DNA of 63,473 bases, the filler included. It is 7 parts of 7 records of this genome, joined end to end, with 100 filler letters (N's around TTAATTAATTAA, not from the genome) between each part and the next. Parts side by side here need not be neighbours in the genome. Positions count along the whole stretch, not along the records: positions 9,397 to 19,890 come from SRR20825010_2316; 6 more parts are not named here. One strand, given 5' to 3'. Shown piece after piece: positions 10,058-19,990 of the stretch. Each line of letters opens with the position of its first letter. Position 1 is the stretch's first letter. The notes beneath the pieces are model-generated. The model saw only the letters and a list, made by a program, of their open reading frames with translations, made no database searches and had not been told where the DNA came from. Position numbers and translations under genes: made by a program.

Positions 10058-11803
10058 CTATCCGGCAGCCAGCAGCCGCTCCGGGCCGTCAACCCACTTC
10101 TGAATGATCGCCTCAAGCTTTTCCGGACTGACCGGCTTGGACAGGTAGTCGTCCATTCCCGCAGCCAGGCAGCGTTCACGGTCCCCGGTCATCGCGTGCG
10201 CAGTGACGGCAATGATTGGAACATGCGGGTTCCGGTCCGAAACCTTCGCTTCCGCATCCCGGATTGCCCGGGTTGCCTGGAGGCCATTCATGATCGGCAT
10301 GGATACATCCATCAGGATGAGGTCAGGTGCCGCCGCACCCCAGGCGGCAACGGCTTCCTGTCCATTGCCGACAATGCGGAAGTCCACGCCAATTCCTTCG
10401 AGGATCTGTTCGAACACGATCTGGTTGACGTCATTGTCTTCGGCAACAAGTATCCGGACGCGACCACGTGTCGACCCGTCCGACTTGCCCTGGTTTACCA
10501 CAGGGGAAACCGCCGGGGCGGTGTTTGCGCTTATGTCAGGGACCGCCACTTCTCGAGATGGTTCGGAGGCGACAAGAGAGAGGGCCGGACCTTGCGGGCG
10601 GGCCGCGAGTGCAGATGGAGAAGCCGCAGGGGACCGGCTGACCCGATCTGCGGCGATCCTTTCCTCGATGGCCTGTTTGAGTGCCGGATGTTTGCCAGAC
10701 CCGGTCTCGCCGGACATCAACCTTGCCATTTCCGCCGTTATCTCGACCTTACCGACCTCGAGTTGCAGCGATTTTGCGGCCTCCAGCAACGTGATGGCCT
10801 CCCTCGCATTTCCCGTTGCCACGGCATCGAATCCTGCTGCTTTCAAGGCGATCACCCGCGCAGTCGAGCGCTCTCTGTCCTGATCGAGAACCAGGATGCG
10901 GCCCTTGGGCTCCGTCGGGACCGGTTTTGTCCCAACGTCCTGGAGTACAACAGGCACCGCCTCTTCCACCCTGCGGTAGTCGGAGGAGACCTTTTCGCCT
11001 TCCGCCAAGGCGCTGACGTCATCGAATGACACGGTGACATGGTAATTCCCGGGCGTTCCGGAGCGTCCGACACGCGTAACGACATGCATCATCGTGCCGT
11101 CGGACTTGTGTATGTCCTCAAGCACCTCGTAGGGAATGCCTGTCCTGAGAACATCGCCTTCGATCTTCTCGAAACGCGCGGCAAGTTCCGGTCCGACCAG
11201 ATCGGCGGCTTTCTTTCCAATGATCTCCTTGCGATGCAGCGCCGGGATCCGGCAAAAGGCATCGTTGACCATGACATAACGCAACTCGGAATCCTTGACG
11301 ACCACCGGGGTCGCCAGATTGTCGAGGATGACCTGGACCAGCTCCGCCTTTTTCAGGACCTCGGCCAACTCCTCATCCTTGCGCTTCCGCTCGGTTACGT
11401 CCTGGATGGTGGCAATCAGGATACCGTCGGGCATGCGCCGCTTGCACAGCCGCACCCAGCGGCCATCGGCGAGCTTTTCGACGCTTTCGTAGCGTTCACG
11501 CCAATGGATGGCTATCCGTTCGGCAATCCAGTCCTCGCGCGATATGTAGCGCGCCTTGCCATTCAATGAGCCCAGGACCCGGGCGCCGGCATCAAATGTC
11601 GCGTTGAAGAGATCCCGCAGTCGGGCGCCGGGCTGCAGCAGATCAGGGGAGATTTCAAAGAAATCCAGGAACTGGGAACTGGCGGCGATCAGCGTGTCGT
11701 TTCGATCGTAGATCATGATGCCGATATCAAGCGCGGACGCCAGGGCCTCGATCGTTCGGGCATCCTCGCAGTATCGTCGTGCACCGGTTTCGTTCAACGC
11801 CAT
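10058..11803 (-). CDS. PAS-PAS-(degenerate receiver)-receiver protein, no kinase core
   Basis: Two PAS-like domains (DGRWVR...DVTE; VVVKD...VNDAF); C-terminal receiver with AEDN, LMDVSMP, TAHA, SKP; no H-box or HATPase motifs. Confidence 0.8.
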   Translation of the reverse strand: MALNETGARRYCEDARTIEALASALDIGIMIYDRNDTLIAASSQFLDFFEISPDLLQPGARLRDLFNATFDAGARVLGSLNGKARYISREDWIAERIAIHWRERYESVEKLADGRWVRLCKRRMPDGILIATIQDVTERKRKDEELAEVLKKAELVQVILDNLATPVVVKDSELRYVMVNDAFCRIPALHRKEIIGKKAADLVGPELAARFEKIEGDVLRTGIPYEVLEDIHKSDGTMMHVVTRVGRSGTPGNYHVTVSFDDVSALAEGEKVSSDYRRVEEAVPVVLQDVGTKPVPTEPKGRILVLDQDRERSTARVIALKAAGFDAVATGNAREAITLLEAAKSLQLEVGKVEITAEMARLMSGETGSGKHPALKQAIEERIAADRVSRSPAASPSALAARPQGPALSLVASEPSREVAVPDISANTAPAVSPVVNQGKSDGSTRGRVRILVAEDNDVNQIVFEQILEGIGVDFRIVGNGQEAVAAWGAAAPDLILMDVSMPIMNGLQATRAIRDAEAKVSDRNPHVPIIAVTAHAMTGDRERCLAAGMDDYLSKPVSPEKLEAIIQKWVDGPERLLAAG

Positions 11804-11946
11804 TCTACTTCGATCCGATACCCGACCTGATGAGCGGGATCATGCTGAAGGCCGCACGATGCGCCCCTTCCGACCATCATTGAGCAGCCCCTGCGACGAC
11901 ACGCATGATTGCTGCCAAAAACTTGAAATGACTATCGCAATGGAGA

Positions 11947-11963
11947 GTTAAGCCCCGCTTAAC
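11947..11963. promoter_or_regulatory. CtrA binding site
   Basis: GTTAA-GCCCCGC-TTAAC matches TTAA-N7-TTAAC on both strands, in the divergent intergenic region of an alphaproteobacterial contig. Confidence 0.7.
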
Positions 11964-12108
11964 CAAGACCGCGAATTGCGGAAAATAGCACATGATCATG
12001 TCTGCAAATGCGAACGCTGAGGATTCAGGGTTGTGCTGGATCGACTTTTTCCTGCTTCAATTGCCTGACACACATTGCGCTGAAGCCCGAATCCCTGAAC
12101 ATGACACG

Positions 12109-13938
12109 ATGCGCGTCCACCAACTGCCAGAAACCCTGATCAACCAGATCGCCGCCGGTGAAGTCATCGAGCGCCCGGCAAGCGTTGTGAAGGAACTTGT
12201 CGAAAACGCCATCGATGCAGGCGCACGCCGGATCGAGATCGCCACGGCCGCCGGCGGCAAGGCGCTGATCCGGGTCATCGATGACGGCCAGGGGATGGAC
12301 GCCGAAGATCTGACGCTTGCTATCCGCCGCCATTGCACCTCGAAGATCGACCAGCGGCTCGATGACATTTGCACCCTCGGGTTTCGCGGCGAGGCCCTGC
12401 CCTCGATCGGTTCGGTGGCGCGCCTGACCATCAGGTCCCGCCCGAAAGATACGCCGCACGCCAATGAAGTCTCCCTGGCAGGCGGCGTTCCGGCGGGATT
12501 GAGACCGGCGGCGGCCAACCAGGGGACGACGGTTGAAGTCCGCGACCTGTTTTTCGCAACGCCGGCCAGGCTCAAGTTTCTCAAGTCGGATCGCGCCGAG
12601 ACCGCCGCGATCACCGAAACCGTCCGGCGTATCGCGATCGCCTTTCCGTCTGTCCGCTTCACGCTCTCGGGGCCGGACCGGTCGACGCTCGATCTTCCGG
12701 CAACCGGCGAGGACAGGCTGGCCCGCATTGCCCAGGTCCTGGGCGAGGAATTTGCCGCCAACACGATCGAACTCGACGCCCTCAGGGAGGATGTCGGCCT
12801 TGCCGGCCATATCGGGTTGCCGACCTGGAACAAGGCCAACTCGCTGTCGCAATATGCCTTCGTCAATGGCCGCCCGGTGCAGGACAAGCAGATCCTGTCG
12901 GCAATCCGGGCCGCCTATTCAGACACCCTGCCGCGCGGCCGGTATCCGGTGGCCGTCCTCTGGATCACGCTCGATCCGGCACTGGTCGATGTCAACGTCC
13001 ACCCGGCCAAGTCCGATGTCAGGTTCCGGGATCCGGGCCTGGTGCGCGGACTTATCGTCGGAGCCATTCGCCAGGCGCTGGTCTCCGGTGGAGACCGCGC
13101 CTCGCCCTCGGCCAGCGCCGGGCTGGCCCAGGCATTCCGATCACCGGAATTCTCCACGATGGCTGCGCAACCCAGCGCTCCGCACGTCCAGCACTCCGGC
13201 GGGCTTCATGCGGGAACCTGGCAGGCGAGCGGTTCTCCCTCGCGACCGCTTTATGGATCCGGGCCGGGCTTCTCGGAATCCTCGCAGCCGGAAATCAGCG
13301 TTGCCGCCACGCCCTCGGCGCGCATGGAGCACGCCGAAGCCGACCCGTCGATCATCGAGCATCCGCTTGGCGCAGCTCGGACGCAGATCCACGAGAACTA
13401 TATCGTGGCGCAGACCCGCGACGGGCTGGTGATCGTCGACCAGCACGCCGCACATGAACGGCTTGTCTTTGAGCGGTTCAAAACGGCGCTCCGGTCGGGA
13501 AAGGTTGCCTCGCAGATCCTGCTGCTGCCGGAAATCGTCGACCTGCCGGAGGACGATTGCGACCGCCTGGCAGAGCGCGCCGAGGATCTTGCCGGGCTCG
13601 GACTGGTACTTGAACGTTTCGGTCCCGGCGCGATCGCGGTGCGGGAAACGCCGGCCATGCTCGGCGACACGGATGTTGCGGGACTGGTGCGTGATCTGGC
13701 CGACGAAATCGCCGAATGGGACAGTTCCAGCGCCTTGCGCGACCGGCTCGAGGCGGTGGCTTCGACGATGGCCTGCCATGGATCCGTGAGATCGGGACGC
13801 CGGCTTGTGCCCGAAGAGATGAACGCGTTGCTGCGCGAAATGGAACGGACACCGGGTTCCGGGCAATGCAATCATGGCCGTCCGACCTATATCGAGCTGA
13901 AGCTTGGCGACATCGAGAAACTGTTCTCCCGCCGCTGA
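12109..13938 (+). CDS. mutL: DNA mismatch repair endonuclease MutL
   Basis: [27 protein letters not shown] and CNHGRP motifs; start at MRVHQL. Confidence 0.97.
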   Translation: MRVHQLPETLINQIAAGEVIERPASVVKELVENAIDAGARRIEIATAAGGKALIRVIDDGQGMDAEDLTLAIRRHCTSKIDQRLDDICTLGFRGEALPSIGSVARLTIRSRPKDTPHANEVSLAGGVPAGLRPAAANQGTTVEVRDLFFATPARLKFLKSDRAETAAITETVRRIAIAFPSVRFTLSGPDRSTLDLPATGEDRLARIAQVLGEEFAANTIELDALREDVGLAGHIGLPTWNKANSLSQYAFVNGRPVQDKQILSAIRAAYSDTLPRGRYPVAVLWITLDPALVDVNVHPAKSDVRFRDPGLVRGLIVGAIRQALVSGGDRASPSASAGLAQAFRSPEFSTMAAQPSAPHVQHSGGLHAGTWQASGSPSRPLYGSGPGFSESSQPEISVAATPSARMEHAEADPSIIEHPLGAARTQIHENYIVAQTRDGLVIVDQHAAHERLVFERFKTALRSGKVASQILLLPEIVDLPEDDCDRLAERAEDLAGLGLVLERFGPGAIAVRETPAMLGDTDVAGLVRDLADEIAEWDSSSALRDRLEAVASTMACHGSVRSGRRLVPEEMNALLREMERTPGSGQCNHGRPTYIELKLGDIEKLFSRR

Positions 13939-14033
13939 GCGGACGCTCCAGCCGGCGCCGTGAGCGCCAAATCTTGCAATTTGGCAGCCAAGACGGCATA
14001 GAGCAGCCAGTACCGAAACCGGAGCAGTTCCCG

Positions 14034-14258
14034 ATGAACCGTTTTGAAGGCCCCGGCGAGCGACCGGCCAAGATACGCTACCTCGACGGCGATTTTCAGA
14101 TCCTGATGCCGGGCAATCACGTGGTGTGCGCGATCACCGGCGAAATCATCCCGATCGAAGAGCTGAAATACTGGAGCGTGGCGCGGCAGGAGCCCTATGT
14201 CGATGTCCATGCCTCGGTTGCTGCCGAACAGCGGGCCGGTCAGCTGCCGGTGAGATAA
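14034..14258 (+). CDS. DUF2093 family small protein
   Basis: YLDGDFQI..PG.HVVCAITG..IP..EL.YWSV.RQEPY pattern; start at MNRFE. Confidence 0.8.
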   Translation: MNRFEGPGERPAKIRYLDGDFQILMPGNHVVCAITGEIIPIEELKYWSVARQEPYVDVHASVAAEQRAGQLPVR

Positions 14259-14262
14259 CCGG

Positions 14263-15291
14263 TCAACGCGCTTCGCGGCGTCTGCCGAAAGCGGTCAAGG
14301 CCGCCTGGATGATCACGCCCGGCACATCGGGACTGTCGAACCTCAGGTCGATCTCCAGAACGGAGGCCTTTTCGAGAAGCTCCTGCGCCCGGCCGTGTCC
14401 CGATTGCAGGCGGACGTAATCCTTGCCGGTGGTGATCAGATCGAGACCATACAGTTCGGCTTCCGCCAGCAGATCATTGATCTCGTCTTCGGTGAAGGGA
14501 TGATGGTCGGGAAAGCTCTGGCACCGCGCCAGCCGGACATGCGCGTCCTCGAGCGTCCTGAAGAATTTCTCAGGGTCGCCGATGGCCGCGAACGCCAGGC
14601 AATTCCGGCCAAGGAACTGTGCAGCGTTGCGCGGCTGGAACCGGGCCAGATGGATCGGTCTTGCGGCGCGGGCGGCCAGCCGGATCATATGATCGGCGCC
14701 ATCCCCCTCGCCCACCACGATCAGCGCGTCGGCATGGCGCACCTGATCGATCACCGGGGCACGGACCGGGCCGGCGGGAAAGACGCAGCCATTGCCGACG
14801 CCGCGGCGGGCATCGACCACCAGAAGCGCCTGATCAAACACCAGCCGGGCGCTCTGGAAGCCATCGTCCATGATGATGAGATCGACCCCTTCGCGGACCA
14901 GCAACTCGGCGCCTTCGATCCGGTTTGGGGAGACCACGGTCAGAGCCCTGGCCGCAAGCAGCATCGGCTCGTCACCGACGAGCCGGGCGGTGTCCCTCGA
15001 CAGGTCCACGACCTTGGCGTGATGCACGCCACCGCCATAGCCTCGCGAGAGAAACCCAGGCTTCAATCCGCGGGCGATCGCCGACTCCGCCAGCGCCAGA
15101 GCCGTGGGCGTCTTGCCGGAGCCGCCGACGGTGAAATTGCCGACGCAGATGACCGGAACGGAAACAGCCTTGCGGACACGGCGGTCCAGAATGCGGCGCG
15201 CGACGCGGCCGTAGACCCAGCCGAACGGCGACAGAAGCGCGGACTGGATGCCGGGACTTTGCCACCAGAACGGTGGGGCTTCGCTCACCAT
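14263..15291 (-). CDS. lpxK: Tetraacyldisaccharide 4'-kinase
   Basis: VGNFTVGGSGKTP, LSRGYGG, GDEP, MDDGFQ, FPDHH. Confidence 0.95.
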   Translation of the reverse strand: MVSEAPPFWWQSPGIQSALLSPFGWVYGRVARRILDRRVRKAVSVPVICVGNFTVGGSGKTPTALALAESAIARGLKPGFLSRGYGGGVHHAKVVDLSRDTARLVGDEPMLLAARALTVVSPNRIEGAELLVREGVDLIIMDDGFQSARLVFDQALLVVDARRGVGNGCVFPAGPVRAPVIDQVRHADALIVVGEGDGADHMIRLAARAARPIHLARFQPRNAAQFLGRNCLAFAAIGDPEKFFRTLEDAHVRLARCQSFPDHHPFTEDEINDLLAEAELYGLDLITTGKDYVRLQSGHGRAQELLEKASVLEIDLRFDSPDVPGVIIQAALTAFGRRREAR

Positions 15292-16628
15292 TGTCCCCCT
15301 CCGCGGCTCTCCGTATTCTCGTTGTCGCGCGGCAGCAGCCGGGCTTTGACCGTCAGGGGATTGATGTAGGGCTCAAGCGCGCGAATGGTGGCTTTCAACG
15401 CGCCGCGCATGTCCTGCAACGTCTTGTCGCCCCCTTCCGCCATGGCCTGGCGTGCCTGCGGGTTGGACAGCAGGAAGTGCACGGCCTTTGCCAGCATCTC
15501 GCCGTCACGAACATAGCGCGCGCCGCCATTCTTGAGCAGCCGCGCGTAGCTTTCCCGGAAATTCTCGACATTGCTGCCGGACAGAACCGCGCAGCCGAGC
15601 ATGGCGGGTTCGAGCGGGTTCTGGCCGCCACCGCCCTTAAGTGATTTTCCGACAAAGGCGATGTCGGTGAGGTTGAGGTAGAGTCCCATCTCGCCGATCG
15701 TATCGCCGAGATAGACATCAGTCGACGGGTCGATCAGGTCACCGCGCGAGCGGCGCGCAACCTTCAGCCCCCTTGTTCCCAGCATGGCCTCGATCGCATC
15801 CGCCCGATCCGGGTGGCGGGGGACCAGAATGGTCAATTGCTTGTGACGCGGGGTCAGGGCCTTGTGCACCGCAGCCGCGATCTCGTCCTCGCCCTCGAAC
15901 GTGGAAATCGCCGCCCATGTCGGCCGGCTGCGAATCTGGTCCTTGAGCCTGGCGAGTTCGTCGGCATCCCAGGGCGGCGCCGTCGTGTCCACCTTGAGAT
16001 TTCCCGATACCGAAACCGGACGCGCGCCCAGCGCCAGGAACCGCTCGGCATCGAGGTCCGACTGGGCGACAACATGGGAGAGATTTTCAAACAACGCATC
16101 GGCAAGGCTCGGGCGCTTGCTCCAGCGTGCAAACGAGCGGTCCGACAGGCGGCCATTGACCAGCACCTGGGGCGTGCGCCGCGCTCCCAGTTCGAGGATG
16201 GTCATCGGCCAGATCTCGGACTCGGCGATGATCGCCAGATCGGGCTTCCAGTGATCGAGAAACCGCGATACCGCCGGCTTCAGGTCCAGGGGAACGTACT
16301 GGTGAATGACATTGTCACCGAGCCGTTCACGCGCGACTCCGGCCGAAGTCACCGTGCCGGTGGTCAGCACGACGGCGATGCCGCGGCGGCGCACTTCGTT
16401 GATCAGGGGCACCACGGCGGTGGTTTCGCCGACACTGGCGGCATGGAACCAGACCAGAGGACCGGCAGGGCGGTCTATCCTGGAGCGGCCATAGCGCTCG
16501 TTGCGGCGGGAACGCTCTTCCTTGCCCTTGGCCGCGCGAATGGCAAGATAGGGTCCAAGCAGCGGATAGATCGCCGCTCCGAACCAGCGGTAGCCGACCA
16601 GCGCCGCTCGTGCCCAGCCACGGCTCAT
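15285..16628 (-). CDS. waaA: 3-deoxy-D-manno-octulosonate (Kdo) transferase
   Basis: WFHAASVGE, AESEIWP, PRHPDR, DTIGEM, GGQNPLEPA. Confidence 0.95.
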   Translation of the reverse strand: MSRGWARAALVGYRWFGAAIYPLLGPYLAIRAAKGKEERSRRNERYGRSRIDRPAGPLVWFHAASVGETTAVVPLINEVRRRGIAVVLTTGTVTSAGVARERLGDNVIHQYVPLDLKPAVSRFLDHWKPDLAIIAESEIWPMTILELGARRTPQVLVNGRLSDRSFARWSKRPSLADALFENLSHVVAQSDLDAERFLALGARPVSVSGNLKVDTTAPPWDADELARLKDQIRSRPTWAAISTFEGEDEIAAAVHKALTPRHKQLTILVPRHPDRADAIEAMLGTRGLKVARRSRGDLIDPSTDVYLGDTIGEMGLYLNLTDIAFVGKSLKGGGGQNPLEPAMLGCAVLSGSNVENFRESYARLLKNGGARYVRDGEMLAKAVHFLLSNPQARQAMAEGGDKTLQDMRGALKATIRALEPYINPLTVKARLLPRDNENTESRGGGQW

Positions 16629-17392
16629 TTGCTCTCCTCGACGGCGCGCATCGCCTCTTCGGTAACGCGATTGAGTTCCGCGGTCACCCTGGCGCGCGCT
16701 TGCGCAATCTCTTCCTTGCTTGCCTTGGGCGGGACATGGATGGGTGGGGCCACCTTCATGCTGCGAACACCGAAGGGAAGACTGACGGTTGTCTTGTCCC
16801 AGGTCTTTTCAAGCACGTGACGGCGGCTGGTTGCCAGCGCCACGGGCACGATCGGACAACGGGAGATGCGTGCCAGGGTGACGATCCCCTCGCCTGCCAG
16901 ACGCGGCTCGCCTTTTGAAATATCGGCAATCATGACGACACTGACGCCACGCTGGAGAGCATCACGCATGGCGAACAGGGCCCTGATTCCGCCCTTGCCC
17001 GCAACCACCCGGCGTTCTCGTCCTCCGGATCCGCGGATCACCTCGATCCCGGCGCGTTCGAGAACGCGCGCATTGATCTCGGCATCGGTGCTGCGCGATA
17101 CGAGCGAGGTGAATTTGCGGCCTGCAGGCGCGGCGTAGGGGATGAGCAGGTGCTGGCCATGCCACAGCGCGATGATGACCGGCCCTTCTCCCTTCAACAG
17201 CCCTTCCCAGTCCGTCGAGGTTCCATTGTCGCGGTTGGTGCGCCAGATCCAGCTCAATGCCCAGCCGATCAGGGCCGAACCGGTTCTCTGCACGAATTCG
17301 GACTGCAACAGCCTCTTTCCCAGACGCCGCCCGTTCCTCTTCTCGCCAAGCTGCTTGAACTCTGGCGCCGTGTCAGCGTCCGGTTTTGTCAT
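16625..17392 (-). CDS. DUF374 / lysophospholipid acyltransferase-like protein
   Basis: ALWHGQ, LVSRSTDAE, IRGSGG, WDK..LPF; start at MTKPD after GGCGAG. Confidence 0.75.
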   Translation of the reverse strand: MTKPDADTAPEFKQLGEKRNGRRLGKRLLQSEFVQRTGSALIGWALSWIWRTNRDNGTSTDWEGLLKGEGPVIIALWHGQHLLIPYAAPAGRKFTSLVSRSTDAEINARVLERAGIEVIRGSGGRERRVVAGKGGIRALFAMRDALQRGVSVVMIADISKGEPRLAGEGIVTLARISRCPIVPVALATSRRHVLEKTWDKTTVSLPFGVRSMKVAPPIHVPPKASKEEIAQARARVTAELNRVTEEAMRAVEESK

Positions 17393-17411
17393 CTCGCCTT
17401 TCGCCCGGGCC

Positions 17412-17660
17412 TTAAGACGCGGTCTTGCTTTCGCTGTTCGGGTCAAGCATGCGGTGCATGTGAACGATGAAATACCGCATATGGGCATTGTCCACCGTCA
17501 TCTGCGCCTTCGATTTCCAGGCCTCGAGGGCCGAGGCGTAGTTTGGAAAAATGCCGACAATATCCAGTTGATCCAGGTTCCTGAAGTTCATCGACTCCAG
17601 GCTCTCAAGCTCGCCGCCGAATACAAGGTGCAAAAGCTGTTTGTTGTTGCCATCAGCCAT
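17412..17660 (-). CDS. DUF4170 family small protein
   Basis: LLHLVFGGEL...VGIFPNY..A..AW...AQ.TVDNAHMRYFIVH. Confidence 0.8.
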   Translation of the reverse strand: MADGNNKQLLHLVFGGELESLESMNFRNLDQLDIVGIFPNYASALEAWKSKAQMTVDNAHMRYFIVHMHRMLDPNSESKTAS

Positions 17661-17726
17661 GGGACCACTCCAAGAATAAACGGTGTCATTGATCAGAGCG
17701 GGGTTTGCGGCAATTCGATTAAAAGG

Positions 17727-18548
17727 TCAATGCCCGTCGGATGAGTGCAACAATGCCAGCAATCCCGGCACCTGCCCGTGCGACGCCGCCAGCAGGAGGC
17801 CACGCGACGGATCAGGCTCATTGTAAAGCATCCGCGCACCGGTCCGGTCGACCAGGACGTGTCCGGTTTCGGCAAGCAGGGTGTCCGCTGCGGCCAGATC
17901 CCATTCGCTGGCTTGCGGGCGGACGAACACACCGTCGAGTTCGCCTCGTGCCACGGCCGCAACCCGCAGCGCCAGGGACGGGCCGCCGGCGACCTTCTTG
18001 AGGCCGGCATCCACACCGGGATGCATCTGACTGGCCACCATGTCGGGAACCGCGACCCGCAACGGCGCAATCTGTTGCTCCGGCTCGCCGGCAGCGAGAC
18101 GGACATCGTTGAGAAAGGCTCCGCCGCCTGCATACGCGCGCCAGATTTCGCCGCGCGCCGGGGCAGCGAGAACACCGGCGACCGGCTTGCCGTCCTCGAC
18201 AAGGCCAACACTCACGCACCAGTCCGGCCGCCCGGCGACATAGGCCCGGGTTCCGTCGATCGGATCGACGATGAACACCCGCCTGTAGGCGAGCCGGTGT
18301 TCGGTATCTTCCGCCTCCTCCGAGAGCCAGCCATAACCGGGCCGGGCTTCCAGCAGCAGTTTCTTAAGCAGTTCATCGATGGCAATATCCGCCTCGCTGA
18401 CCGGAGAGCGGCCGCCATTCTTGAACCAGACTTCCGGATCCTGGCGGAAATGGGACATGGCGATGTCTGACGCCAGACGCGACGCCTCGAGCATCAGCGC
18501 CAGATCGTCGGCATAAGGTTCGGAGCCGGGGGTGTCAGTCACCGGCAA
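17727..18548 (-). CDS. Inositol monophosphatase family / CysQ-like nucleotidase
   Basis: SPVSEAD, WLSEE, DPIDGT, EWDLAAA motifs. Confidence 0.85.
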   Translation of the reverse strand: MPVTDTPGSEPYADDLALMLEASRLASDIAMSHFRQDPEVWFKNGGRSPVSEADIAIDELLKKLLLEARPGYGWLSEEAEDTEHRLAYRRVFIVDPIDGTRAYVAGRPDWCVSVGLVEDGKPVAGVLAAPARGEIWRAYAGGGAFLNDVRLAAGEPEQQIAPLRVAVPDMVASQMHPGVDAGLKKVAGGPSLALRVAAVARGELDGVFVRPQASEWDLAAADTLLAETGHVLVDRTGARMLYNEPDPSRGLLLAASHGQVPGLLALLHSSDGH

Positions 18549-19878
18549 GGGTCATGCCTTCGACGGCGATGGTCGGCGCCGCGATCGAGTATTTGGCGTC
18601 GATGTCGTTGGCGAGCGTCATGCGCTTGAACATGTCCTTGAGATTGGACGCGATGGTGACTTCGGACACCGCAAAGCTCAGCTTGCCGTTTTCGATCCAG
18701 AAGCCGGATGCGCCACGGCTGTATTCGCCGGTTACCGCATTGACACCCTGGCCAATCAATTCGGTGACATAGAACCCGGTGCCGACCGAGGCGATCAGAT
18801 CCTCGGGGCCCTGCGGACCGGGATTGACGATGACATTGGTCGAAGACGGAGACACGCCGCCGCCGCGGCTCGCGCGACCGTTGCTCTTGAGCCCCAGTTC
18901 ACGCGCGACTGCCGTCGTCAGGTACCATTGCTTGAGAACGCCGTCCTCGACCATGGTCAAGGGACCGACAGAGACGCCTTCGCCGTCGAACGGACGCGAG
19001 GCCGAACCGCGCCGGACAAACGGGTTGTCGACCAGCGTGAGGCCGTCAATCGCCACCTTCTTGCCCATCATGTCCTTGAGGAAGGACGTCTTGCGGGCGA
19101 CGGAGGCTCCGTTGATGGCGGACACCAGATGGCCGATCAGGCCGCGTGCAGCCCGCGGATCAAAGACCACGGTGACGTTCGAGCCGGTCTTGACCTTGCG
19201 CGGATTGACGCGCGCGGCGGCGCGTTCGCCGGCACGGCGGCCGATATCCCCGGCCTCATCCAGATCGGAAAAGAACACGCGGCTGTCAAAATCGTAATCG
19301 CGCTCCATCCTGACGCCCTCGCCGGCGATGACACTGACGGATCGCGAGAAGCCGGAGCGCTCGAAGGCGCCCGAGAAACCATGCGAGGTGGCCAGCACCA
19401 TGCCGAAAAGACCGGTTCCCGCACCCGCACCGACAGAACTTGAAACACCCGGCACCGACAATGCAGCCGCCTCGGCGGCGGTGGCGGCTTCAATGAGGCT
19501 CTCGGCGGAGGGCTCGGTCGGATCGTAAAGATCAAGGTCGGGCCAGGTCCTGGCGAGCATTTCCGCATCCGCGAGGCAGGCGTGCGGGTCTTCGGGCGAC
19601 ACGCGCGCCATGGCCACGGCGCGTTCTGCAAGGGCCGCTTCATCGGCGCCCTGGCCTGCGTGAACGGTCGCGACTTTCTGGCCGACGAACACCCGGAGGC
19701 TGAAATCATCTGATTCGGAGGATTGGGTGTTTTCGACCTGGCCATTGCGCACCGAAGCCGATCTGGAGCGGCTGCGAACCACCAGCGCATCGGCCTGATC
19801 GGCGCCGGCGGAACGGGCCCGCCCGATAAGACGCTCGGCTGTCGCCAGCAAGCCTTCGGATTGTTGTGTATCACTCAT
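18535..19878 (-). CDS. pmbA: TldD/PmbA family protein (PmbA/TldE type)
   Basis: PFDGEG, SNGRASRG, GVNAVTGEYSRGASGFWIENG; no HExxxH. Confidence 0.85.
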   Translation of the reverse strand: MSDTQQSEGLLATAERLIGRARSAGADQADALVVRSRSRSASVRNGQVENTQSSESDDFSLRVFVGQKVATVHAGQGADEAALAERAVAMARVSPEDPHACLADAEMLARTWPDLDLYDPTEPSAESLIEAATAAEAAALSVPGVSSSVGAGAGTGLFGMVLATSHGFSGAFERSGFSRSVSVIAGEGVRMERDYDFDSRVFFSDLDEAGDIGRRAGERAAARVNPRKVKTGSNVTVVFDPRAARGLIGHLVSAINGASVARKTSFLKDMMGKKVAIDGLTLVDNPFVRRGSASRPFDGEGVSVGPLTMVEDGVLKQWYLTTAVARELGLKSNGRASRGGGVSPSSTNVIVNPGPQGPEDLIASVGTGFYVTELIGQGVNAVTGEYSRGASGFWIENGKLSFAVSEVTIASNLKDMFKRMTLANDIDAKYSIAAPTIAVEGMTLAGD

Positions 19879-19890
19879 GTTTTTTGGCCT

Positions 19891-19990
19891 NNNNNNNNNN
19901 NNNNNNNNNNNNNNNNNNNNNNNNNNNNNNNNNNTTAATTAATTAANNNNNNNNNNNNNNNNNNNNNNNNNNNNNNNNNNNNNNNNNNNN
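19891..19990. other. Artificial contig spacer
   Basis: 44 N + TTAATTAATTAA + 44 N. Confidence 0.99.
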
